Source: an uncultured Rhodospirillaceae bacterium (GTDB lineage: Bacteria; Pseudomonadota; Alphaproteobacteria; Reyranellales; Reyranellaceae). From it: 64,000 nt of DNA. Location: positions 1,790-65,789 of the forward strand of contig CAMFGZ010000023.1 in assembly GCA_945952105.1 (NCBI GenBank), written 5' to 3'. Positions within the stretch are counted from its first letter, which is position 1. Every line of letters starts with the position of its first letter. The translations under genes were made by a program, and so were the position numbers. The notes under the pieces are model-generated. The model was given only the letters and a program-made list of their open reading frames with translations, made no database searches and had not been told where the DNA came from. Below, one piece after another: positions 19,529-29,333 of the stretch.

Positions 19529-21342
19529 CCGATCCATCGCGCAGGACCTTCATCGCCGGCGGCGCGGCTCTCGCGGCGGCCGGCGTCCTCGACGCGTCCG
19601 GCACGCCGGCCGAGGCGCAGACGCCCAGCATCACCGGCGGCACGCAATCATCCTTCCCCTCGGCCGACGCGCCGGGATCGAACGAGGGCGGCTACAATAT
19701 CCTCTTCATCCTGACCGACCAGGAACATTACATGGGCCCGCGCTGGCCCATCCCGCTGCCGGGTCACGAGCGGCTGCGCACCACCGGCACCTACTTCGAG
19801 AACCACCAGATCGCATCCGACATGTGCTCGGCTTCGCGCGCGGTGATCTATACCGGCCTGCACACGCCGCATAACGGCATCTTCGACAATGCCGGCGTGC
19901 CCTACATGAAGAGCCTGGATCCCAAGCTGCCGACCATCGGCAAGATCCTGCGCAGGATGGGCTACTACACGGCCTACAAGGGCAAGTGGCACCTGAACGG
20001 CGCGATGGCGATGGAGAATCACGCCGGCGACATCAAGGCGCTGTTCGAGACCATGATGGATCGCGACTACGGTTTCTACGACTATACCGGCGAAGGCGAT
20101 TTCATCGAGGGCGCACAGGGCGGCTACCAGTACGACCAGATCACCGCGGCGCAGGCCATCCAGTGGCTGAAGGCCAAAGGCCGGCCGATGTCCGACCGGA
20201 AGCAACCCTGGTATCTCGCGGTCAATCTCGTGAACCCGCACGACGTGATGTGGGTGAACACCGACAAGCCCGGCGAGCCGCCGCAACAAGCGGTCGAGGC
20301 CAAGCTCAACATCGCCTATCCGCCGAACGATTCGTTCTACCGGCAGGAATGGAACGACATCCCGCTGCAGAAGACCTGGCAGCAATCGCTCGACACGCCC
20401 GACCGCGTCCCGGCGCATCGCATCTACAAGGCTGCCAACGCCATCCTGACGGGCCTGATCCCGCAAGAGGAATGGCGCATGCGGCTGCGCCAGAACTATT
20501 ACTTCAATGCCATCCGCGATGCCGACCAGCAGATCGTGCAGGTGCTGAACCAGCTCGACCAGCTCGGCCTCACCGACAAGACCATCGTGATCTTCACGTC
20601 GGATCACGGCGACCTGCTGGGAAGCCATGGCGGCCTGCAGGGCAAGGGCACGACGACCTATCGCCAGCAGAACCATGTGCCGATGCTGGTGGTGCACCCC
20701 GAGATCAAGGGCGGCCAGCGCTGCCTCGAGACGACGTCGCATCTCGACTTCGTGCCGACCATCGTTGCCCTCACCGGCAAGCCGACGGCGCCGGTCGCCG
20801 ACACGATGGCGCGGATGAAGGGCCAGGATTTCTCCCCGCTGCTGCGCCAGCCGGTCGATCCGGGTTTCACGCAACGCCGGGGCGGCGTGCTGTTCTGCTA
20901 CAGCCAGCTCATGGTGCATGACGCGACGTTCACGAAGGAGCTCTACGAGACGCTGCTGAACAAATCGATCGCGCGCTCGGAGCTGTTCAAGAAGATCGAA
21001 TCGTTTCCGGTCGACTGGAAGCTGCGCGTGTGCATCCGATCCGTCGTCGACGAGCGCTACAAGTTCAGCCGCTACTTCTCGTTCCGCGGCTTCAACACGC
21101 CGACGACGCTGGAACAGCTCACGGCCAACAACGATCTCGAACTCTACGACCTCGTGAACGATCCCGACGAGGTCGTGAACCTCGCCCACGATTTCGAGCG
21201 CAATCGCGACCTGATCGCCGCGATGAACGGCAAGCTGAACGCCCTGATCGAACGCGAGATCGGCGTCGACGATGGGCGCTTCATGCATCTCGACGCCTGG
21301 ATCGACTGGAAGGATACGAAGCCGTCGGCGATCAATCTCTGA
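19525..21342 (+). CDS. Tat-exported sulfatase-family (alkaline phosphatase superfamily) hydrolase
   Basis: GTG 19525 after GAGGA; SRRTFI twin-arginine signal; NILFILTDQ, CSASR (FGly motif variant), GKWHL, NPHD, FTSDHG. Confidence 0.88.
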   Translation: MTDPSRRTFIAGGAALAAAGVLDASGTPAEAQTPSITGGTQSSFPSADAPGSNEGGYNILFILTDQEHYMGPRWPIPLPGHERLRTTGTYFENHQIASDMCSASRAVIYTGLHTPHNGIFDNAGVPYMKSLDPKLPTIGKILRRMGYYTAYKGKWHLNGAMAMENHAGDIKALFETMMDRDYGFYDYTGEGDFIEGAQGGYQYDQITAAQAIQWLKAKGRPMSDRKQPWYLAVNLVNPHDVMWVNTDKPGEPPQQAVEAKLNIAYPPNDSFYRQEWNDIPLQKTWQQSLDTPDRVPAHRIYKAANAILTGLIPQEEWRMRLRQNYYFNAIRDADQQIVQVLNQLDQLGLTDKTIVIFTSDHGDLLGSHGGLQGKGTTTYRQQNHVPMLVVHPEIKGGQRCLETTSHLDFVPTIVALTGKPTAPVADTMARMKGQDFSPLLRQPVDPGFTQRRGGVLFCYSQLMVHDATFTKELYETLLNKSIARSELFKKIESFPVDWKLRVCIRSVVDERYKFSRYFSFRGFNTPTTLEQLTANNDLELYDLVNDPDEVVNLAHDFERNRDLIAAMNGKLNALIEREIGVDDGRFMHLDAWIDWKDTKPSAINL

Positions 21343-21360
21343 GGCGGCGGAATAACCGTG

Positions 21361-21437
21361 CGAGATCGTTCGTTCTTCGGCGCTCCCGGACATTGCTGCG
21401 CAATGTCCTGACGCTCACAGGCCGAGCTTTGCTCGGC
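21361..21437 (-). repeat. Dispersed double-hairpin intergenic element, copy 1
   Basis: Minus strand GCCGAGC-AAA-GCTCGGC...GAGCGTCAGGACATTGC-GCA-GCAATGTCCGGGAGCGCCGAAGAACGAACGATC; homologous to 27101 and 53901. Confidence 0.9.
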
Positions 21438-22925
21438 CTACGTCCCACAATAGGTGCGGTAGTTGCCCTGATCCGGCGGCGCCGGCTCGGCATAAGCTTC
21501 AAGCCCCGGCCGCTCCTCGTAGGGCTTCGCCAGCACCGTGAGCAGTTCCTCGAACGGCGCATAGTCCTCGCGTTCGGCGGCGGCCGACAGGACCAGTTCG
21601 ACGCGATGGTTGCGCGGAATGTAGAGCGGGTTCACGGCATGCATCGTGGTACGGCGGGCCACGCCGTCCTGTGGCTCGTGAGAAAGGCGTTCGCGCCAGC
21701 GCGCGACCCAGGCGTCGAAAGCTTCCGGCTTGTTCTCGAACAGGACTCGGCCCCCGGCATCGGCCGCCGGATCGGCGGCGGCATCGCCGAGGCGGCGAAA
21801 GGTCAGCGTGAAATCGGCCCGACCGTCGGTCATTGCGTTGAGCAGGTCCTGCGCCAGCGCGGCGTCGCCCTCTTCCTCGGTGAAGAGTCCGAGCTTCTGC
21901 CGCAGCCCGCCGATCAGCGCAGTGACATAGTGCTGACGGAAGGTGGCCAGTACCTCGTTGGCGATGGCCAGCGCTTTGTCACTGTCCTCTGCCAGCAGCG
22001 GCAAAAGGGTCTCGCCGAAACGCGCGAGATTCCAGTGCGCGATGCTCGGCTGATGGGCGTAGGCGTAGCGGCCCTGCTGGTCGATCGAGCTGAACACCGT
22101 TTCGGGATTGTACGCGTCCATGAAGGCGCAGGGACCGTAGTCGATGGTTTCGCCGGCGATCGAGCAGTTGTCGGTATTCATCACGCCGTGGATGAAGCCG
22201 ACCAGCAGCCACTTCGCGACCAGCGCGGCCTGCCGCCCGATCACCGCCTCGAACAACGCACGGTAAGGCTCCGCAGACTCTCGCGCTTCGGGATAATGCC
22301 GCGCGATGACATGGTCGGCGAGCAGGCGCAGCGCCTCGGTATCGCCGCGCGCGGCGAAGAACTGGAAGGTTCCGACCCGGATATGGCTCGACGCCACGCG
22401 CGTCAGTACCGCGCCGGGTATCTCGCCATCGCGCCAGATCGGCTCGCCGGTCGTGACGGCGGCCAGCGACCGCGTCGTGGGGATGCCGAGCGCCGCCATG
22501 GCTTCGCTAACGAGATATTCACGCAGCACCGGCCCGACCGCGGCGCGACCGTCACCGCGACGCGAGAACGGCGTCGGACCGGATCCCTTGAGCTGGATGT
22601 CGCGGCGCACGCCGTCGCGGTCGACGACTTCGCCCAGCAGGACGGCGCGGCCATCACCCAGCTGCGGCACGAAATTGCCGAACTGGTGGCCGGCATAGGC
22701 AAGCGCGATCGGCTCCGAGCCCGGCGCGACCTTGTTGCCGGCCAGCATCGCGACGCCTTCGGCCGAGGACAACACTTCAGGATCGAGGCCGAGCCGAAGG
22801 GCCAGCTCGCGGTTCAGCTTCACCAGCCGCGGCGCCGCGACCGGCGTCGGCGAAAGCCGGGCGTAGAAACGCTCCGGCAGTCTCGCGTAGCTGTTGTCGA
22901 ACAGCAGCCCCGGCAGCGTGTCCAT
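21438..22925 (-). CDS. selO: Protein adenylyltransferase SelO (YdiU/UPF0061)
   Basis: [58 protein letters not shown]-terminal YRTYCGT. Confidence 0.95.
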   Translation of the reverse strand: MDTLPGLLFDNSYARLPERFYARLSPTPVAAPRLVKLNRELALRLGLDPEVLSSAEGVAMLAGNKVAPGSEPIALAYAGHQFGNFVPQLGDGRAVLLGEVVDRDGVRRDIQLKGSGPTPFSRRGDGRAAVGPVLREYLVSEAMAALGIPTTRSLAAVTTGEPIWRDGEIPGAVLTRVASSHIRVGTFQFFAARGDTEALRLLADHVIARHYPEARESAEPYRALFEAVIGRQAALVAKWLLVGFIHGVMNTDNCSIAGETIDYGPCAFMDAYNPETVFSSIDQQGRYAYAHQPSIAHWNLARFGETLLPLLAEDSDKALAIANEVLATFRQHYVTALIGGLRQKLGLFTEEEGDAALAQDLLNAMTDGRADFTLTFRRLGDAAADPAADAGGRVLFENKPEAFDAWVARWRERLSHEPQDGVARRTTMHAVNPLYIPRNHRVELVLSAAAEREDYAPFEELLTVLAKPYEERPGLEAYAEPAPPDQGNYRTYCGT

Positions 22926-22941
22926 GTCCTCGTTCGCCTCC

Positions 22942-23301
22942 CTACTCGTCGTAGCGTGCGGTGGTGATGCCGCTCATGCGGTCGTAATGCAGCGCGATCT
23001 TCTGCAGCGTGCAGAGATTCAGGTACCCCCAGACGGCGGGCGGGCCGCCGTCGGCAAAGGAGACCTTGAGGTCGCCCATGCACCAGTCGGGGGACGCGCG
23101 GAACGAGACCTCGCGCGTTTCGCCCGGCTTGATGATGGGGGGACGCAGGAAGTTCGGCCCGTACATATTGAGCTGGGTCGGCGACACGGAAAGCTGGGCG
23201 ATTGGATACTCCATCGAATTCTTCAGCCGGAAGGTGGTTTCCTGGGCGGATGCCTGCCCCGCAAAAAGAACAAGGGCGGCGGCAGCCAGAGAGCGCATCA
23301 T
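22942..23301 (-). CDS. Small secreted hypothetical protein with two Cys
   Basis: C-terminal part of ORF 22942..24483: [19 protein letters not shown] signal peptide, then F.LKN...I.QLSVSP...PGET..V.F...C..DLKV.F.DG....LNLC. GAGG upstream. Confidence 0.75.
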   Translation of the reverse strand: MMRSLAAAALVLFAGQASAQETTFRLKNSMEYPIAQLSVSPTQLNMYGPNFLRPPIIKPGETREVSFRASPDWCMGDLKVSFADGGPPAVWGYLNLCTLQKIALHYDRMSGITTARYDE

Positions 23302-23373
23302 GGACAAATCAACCTCACAGCGAACGACGGGTTCCGCTCGAGTCTGTCGCAGATCACCGAAGCGCGCTAGAGG

Positions 23374-24327
23374 GTGAGCATGACGCTGTTGATCGGCCAC
23401 CCGTCGTTCCTGGAGCACGAAACCGGGGACTTCCATCCCGAACGGCCCGACCGGCTGCGCGCCGTGACGGCGGCCTTGGCGGACGAGGAGTTCTCGGGCC
23501 TGACCCGCGTCGTGGCGCCAGCGGCCACGATCGAGCAGCTGATGCGTGTCCATCCCCGGAATTACGTCGATGCCATCCTGGGCATCCGGCCGCCCGAGGG
23601 CGAACTGGTCCATGTCGACGGCGACACGGTGATGAGCGCCGCCAGCGCCAACGCCGCGTGCCACGCGGCGGGTGCCGTGATTGCGGCGGTCGACGGCGTC
23701 CTCGGCGGCGCTGCGCGCAACGCCTTCGCGGCCGTGCGTCCACCCGGACATCACGCGACGCCCGACGTGCCGGGCGGCTTCTGCCTGTTCAACAATGTCG
23801 CGATCGGCGCGCTGCATGCCCGTGCAGCCTACGGGCTCCAACGCATCGCCCTGATCGACTTCGACGTCCATCACGGCCAGGGGACACAGGCCGTGGTCGA
23901 GACCGACCCCGATCTGTTCTACGCCTCGACGCACCAGTATCCGCTCTATCCGGGCACCGGCTCGCCGCGCGAACGCGGCATCGACGGCAACGTCGTGAAC
24001 GTGCCCCTGCCGGCCGGCAGCGGCAGCGCTGCCTTCCGGGCGGCCTGGAGCGACCGGCTGCTGCCGGCGCTTGACGACTTCGCGCCCGAACTCGTCATCG
24101 TGTCGGCGGGGTTCGATGCCCATCGCCGCGACCCGCTGGCACAACTCGACGTCGAGACCGAGGACTTCGTCTGGCTGACCGAGGAATTGCTCGCCATCGC
24201 CGACCGCCATGCCCGCGGCCGGCTCGTATCGGTGCTGGAAGGCGGCTACGATCTTTCCGCCCTCGCCGAATCGGTCGCCGCGCACGTGCGGGCCCTGATG
24301 CGCGCCGGAAACGACTTGCCCTTGTAA
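23374..24327 (+). CDS. Histone deacetylase family (AcuC/AphA-like) Zn-dependent deacylase
   Basis: HPERPDRL, RPPGHHA, GFCLFNNVA, IDFDVHHGQGT, HQYPLYPGTG, SAGFDAH, LEGGY. Start 23374 or 23380. Confidence 0.93.
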   Translation: MSMTLLIGHPSFLEHETGDFHPERPDRLRAVTAALADEEFSGLTRVVAPAATIEQLMRVHPRNYVDAILGIRPPEGELVHVDGDTVMSAASANAACHAAGAVIAAVDGVLGGAARNAFAAVRPPGHHATPDVPGGFCLFNNVAIGALHARAAYGLQRIALIDFDVHHGQGTQAVVETDPDLFYASTHQYPLYPGTGSPRERGIDGNVVNVPLPAGSGSAAFRAAWSDRLLPALDDFAPELVIVSAGFDAHRRDPLAQLDVETEDFVWLTEELLAIADRHARGRLVSVLEGGYDLSALAESVAAHVRALMRAGNDLPL

Positions 24328-24352
24328 CACTCTCAGGCGATTTTCTCGCCGC

Positions 24353-25051
24353 GTGAGAAGTAACACACACTGCATTTTCGCCGGCCTTCTGCTCTGGGTG
24401 ATCGGGGCCGTTCTGGCCGGCCCAACACTGGCCGCCGGCGGCGCACATATCGTCGACGATTCCGAGGTCGAGACGCCTGGCACCTGCCACGTCGAACTCT
24501 GGGTCGCCGACTTCGTGCCCGGCGACGGCTACGGCAACGTCGCGCCCGCCTGCACGACGCTCAAGATGCCCTGGCTCGAGATCGGGGCTGCCTACGCCCA
24601 CTATTGGGACCAGACCATCGCCGCACCGCTGGTCGGCCCGCAGATGAAGATCAATTTCCAGCCCGCATCGGCCGGCGTGGGGTTCGGGCTGGCCCTGACC
24701 GCCGGTCTCAATGTGCGGACCGGAGATCTCGGCCTGGCCAGCCTGATCGGTCTGGTGACGATCCCGGTCACGGAGAAGTTCAGGATCAACGTGAACGGCG
24801 GATGGAGCTATCTGCGCAGCGACCATCCCACCGCCTTCTTCTGGGGCGGCCAGGTCGAAGTCGATGTCGGCTGGGACGTTACCCTCATGATGGAGGCATT
24901 CGGCCGCCAGCCCGGCGTGATCGGCAACCAGATCGGGCTGCGCTACACACCGGCAGCCCATCCGAGGTTCGATTTCGATCTGCTTGCGGGCACCACGTAC
25001 GACACCGTGAACACGAAGTTCTTCACCCTGGGTGTAACGGTTCGGTTCTGA
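24353..25051 (+). CDS. Hypothetical outer-membrane beta-barrel protein
   Basis: Signal peptide, alternating amphipathic strands, C-terminal aromatic signature TLGVTVRF. Confidence 0.7.
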   Translation: MRSNTHCIFAGLLLWVIGAVLAGPTLAAGGAHIVDDSEVETPGTCHVELWVADFVPGDGYGNVAPACTTLKMPWLEIGAAYAHYWDQTIAAPLVGPQMKINFQPASAGVGFGLALTAGLNVRTGDLGLASLIGLVTIPVTEKFRINVNGGWSYLRSDHPTAFFWGGQVEVDVGWDVTLMMEAFGRQPGVIGNQIGLRYTPAAHPRFDFDLLAGTTYDTVNTKFFTLGVTVRF

Positions 25052-25097
25052 AATCGTCGCAGGGCGGTAACCTTGCTCGCGTGATATCGAGCGGCCG

Positions 25098-27101
25098 ATG
25101 GTGGCGAAGCGATCTCCTGGCAAAGTGCGGACGGGTGAGCCGGGTTGGACCGGCATCGCCGCGATTGCGGCTGTCCTGCTCGCGGTTTCCCCGGCCTGGG
25201 CCGAAGATCCCGTCGCCCCCGCCTCGGGCTTCTATGTCGGCGGGCATGTCGGCTACCTGTTCGGCAGCGCCACCGCCACCTTCGCCGACCCGATCCCCGG
25301 CGCGACGGGCGGCGGCACGACACCTTACGGCGCCTTCTTCGGCGGCGTGCAGGCCGGCTACGAACACTATCTGCCCTCCCGCCTGATGCTCGGTATCGAA
25401 CTCGACATGTCCTTCGCCAGCGCCCAGGACCTGTCGCAAGTCTTGTCCTATCGGGCGACCGGGACGGCAACCGCCAACCAGCAGCTGGAATATCTCGCCA
25501 GCCTGCGCGGCCGCGTGGGCTACGCGCTGGACCGCTGGACGCCGTTCGTCACCGGCGGCATCGCCTGGGCCAGCATTCGCTCCGATCGGATCGACCTCAC
25601 GACCGGCAACGATGCCGCGACGCCCGGCAACGTGCGCGCCGGCTATGTGCTGGGCGCCGGCGTCGACTATCGGCTCGACTCGCAATGGTCGGCCCGCGCC
25701 GAATATCTCTATACGAGCCTGCCGCTCAGCGGCTTCACCTTCGCAGCGCCCGCACGCTACGACTCGGCCTACGAGCTGCATCGGGTCAGGCTCGGCCTGA
25801 ACTACAAGTTCGGCGCGAGAGAGAAGGAGTCGGATGAGAAACCCGACCGCGGGCCGGGCTCGTGGGAAATCCACGGCCAGACGACCTTCATCTTCCAGGG
25901 CTATCCGCCGATCGCAGCGGCCTATACCGGCGCCAACAGCCTGCCGCCGGATGGCCAGAGCCGCGAGACCTGGACGGTCTCGGCCTTTCTCGGGGTTCGC
26001 CTCTGGGAAGGCGGCGAGCTCTATTACAATCCCGAACTGCTGCAGGGCTTCGGCGTCGCCAACACGACGGGCGCCGGCGGCTATCCGAATGGCGAGGCGC
26101 AGAAGTCGAACTTTCCCTATCCCCGCTACAACACGTCACGCCTGTTCCTGCGGCAGGAGATCGGGCTGGGCGGCGAGCGCGAGAAGGTCGAGGGCGAGTA
26201 CGGCCAGCTCTCCGGCGAGCGCGACGTCTCGCGTGTGACGCTGCAGGCCGGCAAGTATTCCGTGAAGGATATTTTCGACGGCAACACCTATGCCGAGGAT
26301 CCGAGGGTGGATTTCCTCAACTGGTCGATCTGGGCGGCGGGCGCCTTCGACTATCCGGCGGATCGCCTCGGCCTCACCTGGGGCTTCACCGCCGAGCTCA
26401 ACCGGCCGGACTGGGCGGTGCGCGCCGGCTATTTCCTGGTGGGCAACGAGCCCAACGCGAACACGTTCGACACCGCGCTGTTCACCCGCGGCGGCTATGT
26501 CGGTGAAGTGGAGCTGCGCTACAGGCCGTTCAGCCGTCCGGGCGCGGTGAAACTCGGCACCTGGATGAACAACGCCTTCTCGGGATCCTACAGCGAGGCC
26601 GTGGCGCTGGCAGCGATGACACCCGGCCTGAACGCCAACGACACGATCGCCCAGACGCGGCGTGGCCGAACCAAGTACGGGCTCTATCTCAATCTCGAAC
26701 AGGAGATCGCCGACGATATCGGACTGTTCGGACGCTTTAGCTGGAACAACGGCGCATCGGAGATCATGGCCTTCACAGACATCGATGCCAGCATCTCGCT
26801 GGGCGCGTCGATCAAGGGCACGCGCTGGGGCCGCCCCGACGACCGGGTCGGCATTGCCGGTGCACTCAACAATCTCTCCGCCGATCACAGCAACTATCTC
26901 GCGGCGGGAGGCCTCGGCGTGCTGGTCGGCGACGGCGCCCTCAGCTACGCCTCCGAAGCGGTGGTCGAAACCTACTACGCCTTCCAGGTCGCCAAGGGGA
27001 TCTTCGCGACCGCCGACTACCAGCTCCTGGTCAATCCCGCCTACAATGCCGTGCGGGGACCGGTGAACGTCTTCAGCGGAAGACTGTCGGCTCGGTTCTA
27101 G
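25098..27101 (+). CDS. Two-domain porin: Omp25/RopB-like barrel fused to OprB-like carbohydrate porin (MnoP-like)
   Basis: N-domain GFYVGGHVGY...GGVQAGY...LRGRVGY...GAGVDY...GLNYKF; C-domain HGQTTFIFQGYP...RETW...NPELLQGFG...PNGEAQK; ends RLSARF. Exact start uncertain. Confidence 0.8.
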   Translation: MVAKRSPGKVRTGEPGWTGIAAIAAVLLAVSPAWAEDPVAPASGFYVGGHVGYLFGSATATFADPIPGATGGGTTPYGAFFGGVQAGYEHYLPSRLMLGIELDMSFASAQDLSQVLSYRATGTATANQQLEYLASLRGRVGYALDRWTPFVTGGIAWASIRSDRIDLTTGNDAATPGNVRAGYVLGAGVDYRLDSQWSARAEYLYTSLPLSGFTFAAPARYDSAYELHRVRLGLNYKFGAREKESDEKPDRGPGSWEIHGQTTFIFQGYPPIAAAYTGANSLPPDGQSRETWTVSAFLGVRLWEGGELYYNPELLQGFGVANTTGAGGYPNGEAQKSNFPYPRYNTSRLFLRQEIGLGGEREKVEGEYGQLSGERDVSRVTLQAGKYSVKDIFDGNTYAEDPRVDFLNWSIWAAGAFDYPADRLGLTWGFTAELNRPDWAVRAGYFLVGNEPNANTFDTALFTRGGYVGEVELRYRPFSRPGAVKLGTWMNNAFSGSYSEAVALAAMTPGLNANDTIAQTRRGRTKYGLYLNLEQEIADDIGLFGRFSWNNGASEIMAFTDIDASISLGASIKGTRWGRPDDRVGIAGALNNLSADHSNYLAAGGLGVLVGDGALSYASEAVVETYYAFQVAKGIFATADYQLLVNPAYNAVRGPVNVFSGRLSARF

Positions 27102-27186
27102 CCGAGCGAAGCTCGGCTATCGAGCGTAAGGCATCGCAAAGCGATGTCCGGGAGCACCGAAGACGGAACGATCACAGCAAGCTCAT
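27101..27186 (+). repeat. Dispersed double-hairpin intergenic element, copy 2
   Basis: GCCGAGC-GAA-GCTCGGC...GAGCGTAAGGCATCGC-AAA-GCGATGTCCGGGAGCACCGAAGACGGAACGATCACAGCAAGCTCAT. Confidence 0.9.
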
Positions 27187-27200
27187 TCGCCCTGCCTTAC

Positions 27201-29312
27201 CTACTTCTGCTCCATGTGCCAGGTGCCGTCCCAGCCCTGCGGCGCGCCGTCCTTCAGGAATTTCTGGCAACGCTCGATGAAGAGGTGGCACGGCGCATCT
27301 TCCTCGCGCATCGCCACGGCGGCTTGGTAGCCGGCCAGCGCCTCGTCGAAACGGCCCTCCACATAGGCTTTGCGGGCGCGCTCCCAGACGGCGAGGAAGG
27401 CCGCGTGCTCGGTCCGGCTGCCGATCTCTCCCATCGGCTCGTAGACATCGTGCGCTTCGGTCGTGCCTACCGCGACGACACGGTCGATGTGGCGCCAGAC
27501 GAAGAGTTCAGACGTCGGCCCCGCGACTTCGCCGCTCGCCAGGATCTCCGTGCCGTAGACCTTGTTCATCCCCTCGAGCCGCGACGCCTGGTTCGCGACC
27601 TGGCCGACCAGCGTGTAATTGATGCGCTCGCGGGCGCCGACATTGCCCACGACCGCAAGCCCGGTATGCAGGCCGAAGCGCGTGCGAAAGCCCGGACGGC
27701 CGCGCTCCCGCCACTTCTCCGACAGCGCACGACCCGCCGCCGCGGCCTGCAGCGCACCGCGGCAGGCATTGGCGATGTGCTCCGGATCGGCCTCCGGCGC
27801 GTTCCAGAACGCCATGATGCTGTCGCCGATATACTTGTCGATCATGCCGCGATTGGCCGAGATCGCCGAACCCAGCGCCTCGAAGTAGCGCGACAGGCGG
27901 CTCGTCAGCAGTTCCGGCTCCATCGTCTCGGTGAGCAATGAGAAGCCTTCGATATCCGTGAACATCACGGTGATCTCGCGGCGCGTGCCGCCGACACCGC
28001 TGCTTTCGGGCGAGCGCATGATCTGCTGCACGAGATCCTTGGAAACGTAGCGACCGAAGATCTCCAGGCCCTCGCGCATGTTCTCGACGGCGTCGGACAA
28101 GCGTGCGATTTCGGTGATGCGGCTGCGCACGGGCAGCCGGTCGGAGAAGTCGAGCCGGCGAATGTGCTCTGTCTTCAGGGCGATGCGCGCGATGGATCGC
28201 GAGAGGATCAGCGACGCCGCCAGCGCACCGATCACGGCGAGCGCGACGGCAACGGCCGCCGCGATGGCGGCGCGTTGCAGCAAAGCCTGGGACTCGGCCG
28301 TCAGTTCGTGCACCGGCACGGCCGCGGCGATGACGAAGCGCTGCCCCAGGAGCATGGGCATGCGATGGGCGATCACCCGATAGACATGACCACCGGCCTC
28401 GACTCTCTGGTCGATCCGGGCATCCGTACCGAGCGCCTCCCGCACGGCCTTGTGCAGGAACTGGCGGACGAGCGCGTCGCCCGGCAGGCATCCCGGCAAC
28501 GTCGGCGCGCAGGGCGCGGACTCGATCTCGACCTCGCCGCCGGAATGGCCGACCGCGATCACCGAGTTCTGGGTGATCTTGTAGGCGGTCAGGAGTTCGG
28601 ACAGCGTTCGCAAGGTGAAGTCGAAGCCGACGACGCCCAGGCCACTGTGCAACGGTACGCCGGCGGATATGCCGGCGTCGGAAGTCTGGGCGAAGCGATA
28701 CGGCTGGGTGAGGATAGCCGCCTTGGCCCGCATGGCCTCGACGTACCAGGGCCGCGTGCGGGCGTCGAAATACGAGGTCGTCGTCTGGGGGCGGGTGTGG
28801 CTGCCGTCGGGCAGATAGAACCAGTAGGTCTCCGGCCGCGGCGGCGTGCCGGCCTCGATCACCCGAACGATGATCGATTCGCCGTCCGGGGCGTCGTATT
28901 CGAGCCGTTGGGCGATGGTGAAGCTGCCCGGCCGTCCGGCGTAGATGAAACTGCCGTCGGCATAGCCGACGAAGGCGGACTGCACCGCCGCATGACGTCC
29001 CAGCATGGCGACGAGCTGGCGCCGGCGGTCCTCCTCGGTCAGCGGGTTTTCCGTCGCATTGAAACTCGGACCGACGGCCAGCGTCTGGCCGACGGACACG
29101 ACCACGTGCAGGCCGTCGGTGAGGAAGTCCTCCACCGCCGTCTCGAGATTGGACACTCTCTGGTCCGCGCTGCGCTGCTCGAGCTGGTCGACGGACCGCC
29201 AACCGAGCCATAGCAGCACGCATGTCAGCGGCACCACGACCAGTGCCATCAGCGTCAATATGGTGACGCTGAACGGAATTGACCGTCGCACCTGCTTTGC
29301 GTCGTCTTTCAA
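27201..29312 (-). CDS. Membrane class III adenylate cyclase with Cache-like sensor, HAMP and C-terminal TPR-like tail
   Basis: Two TM segments flanking a periplasmic domain (FDARTRPWY), HAMP-like segment, MFTDIEGFS, DKYIGD, RFGLHTG, NYT, ANQASRLEG. Confidence 0.9.
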   Translation of the reverse strand: MKDDAKQVRRSIPFSVTILTLMALVVVPLTCVLLWLGWRSVDQLEQRSADQRVSNLETAVEDFLTDGLHVVVSVGQTLAVGPSFNATENPLTEEDRRRQLVAMLGRHAAVQSAFVGYADGSFIYAGRPGSFTIAQRLEYDAPDGESIIVRVIEAGTPPRPETYWFYLPDGSHTRPQTTTSYFDARTRPWYVEAMRAKAAILTQPYRFAQTSDAGISAGVPLHSGLGVVGFDFTLRTLSELLTAYKITQNSVIAVGHSGGEVEIESAPCAPTLPGCLPGDALVRQFLHKAVREALGTDARIDQRVEAGGHVYRVIAHRMPMLLGQRFVIAAAVPVHELTAESQALLQRAAIAAAVAVALAVIGALAASLILSRSIARIALKTEHIRRLDFSDRLPVRSRITEIARLSDAVENMREGLEIFGRYVSKDLVQQIMRSPESSGVGGTRREITVMFTDIEGFSLLTETMEPELLTSRLSRYFEALGSAISANRGMIDKYIGDSIMAFWNAPEADPEHIANACRGALQAAAAGRALSEKWRERGRPGFRTRFGLHTGLAVVGNVGARERINYTLVGQVANQASRLEGMNKVYGTEILASGEVAGPTSELFVWRHIDRVVAVGTTEAHDVYEPMGEIGSRTEHAAFLAVWERARKAYVEGRFDEALAGYQAAVAMREEDAPCHLFIERCQKFLKDGAPQGWDGTWHMEQK

Positions 29313-29333
29313 GGAAAGTGGAACGCCGCCAGT

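Noticed and set aside
19648-21393. 581-aa minus-strand ORF, plus the 645-aa plus-strand ORF 21030..22967
   Set aside because: Shadows of the sulfatase and selO genes.
21438-21460. Possible selenocysteine at the SelO C-terminus
   Set aside because: The terminal motif is CGT with a normal Cys codon followed by TAG; there is no in-frame TGA.
27201-28000. Possible degenerate cyclase because of GQVAN instead of the usual GDxVN
   Set aside because: Both metal Asp residues, the substrate-specifying Lys/Thr and the transition-state Asn/Arg are present, so it is probably an ordinary active adenylate cyclase.
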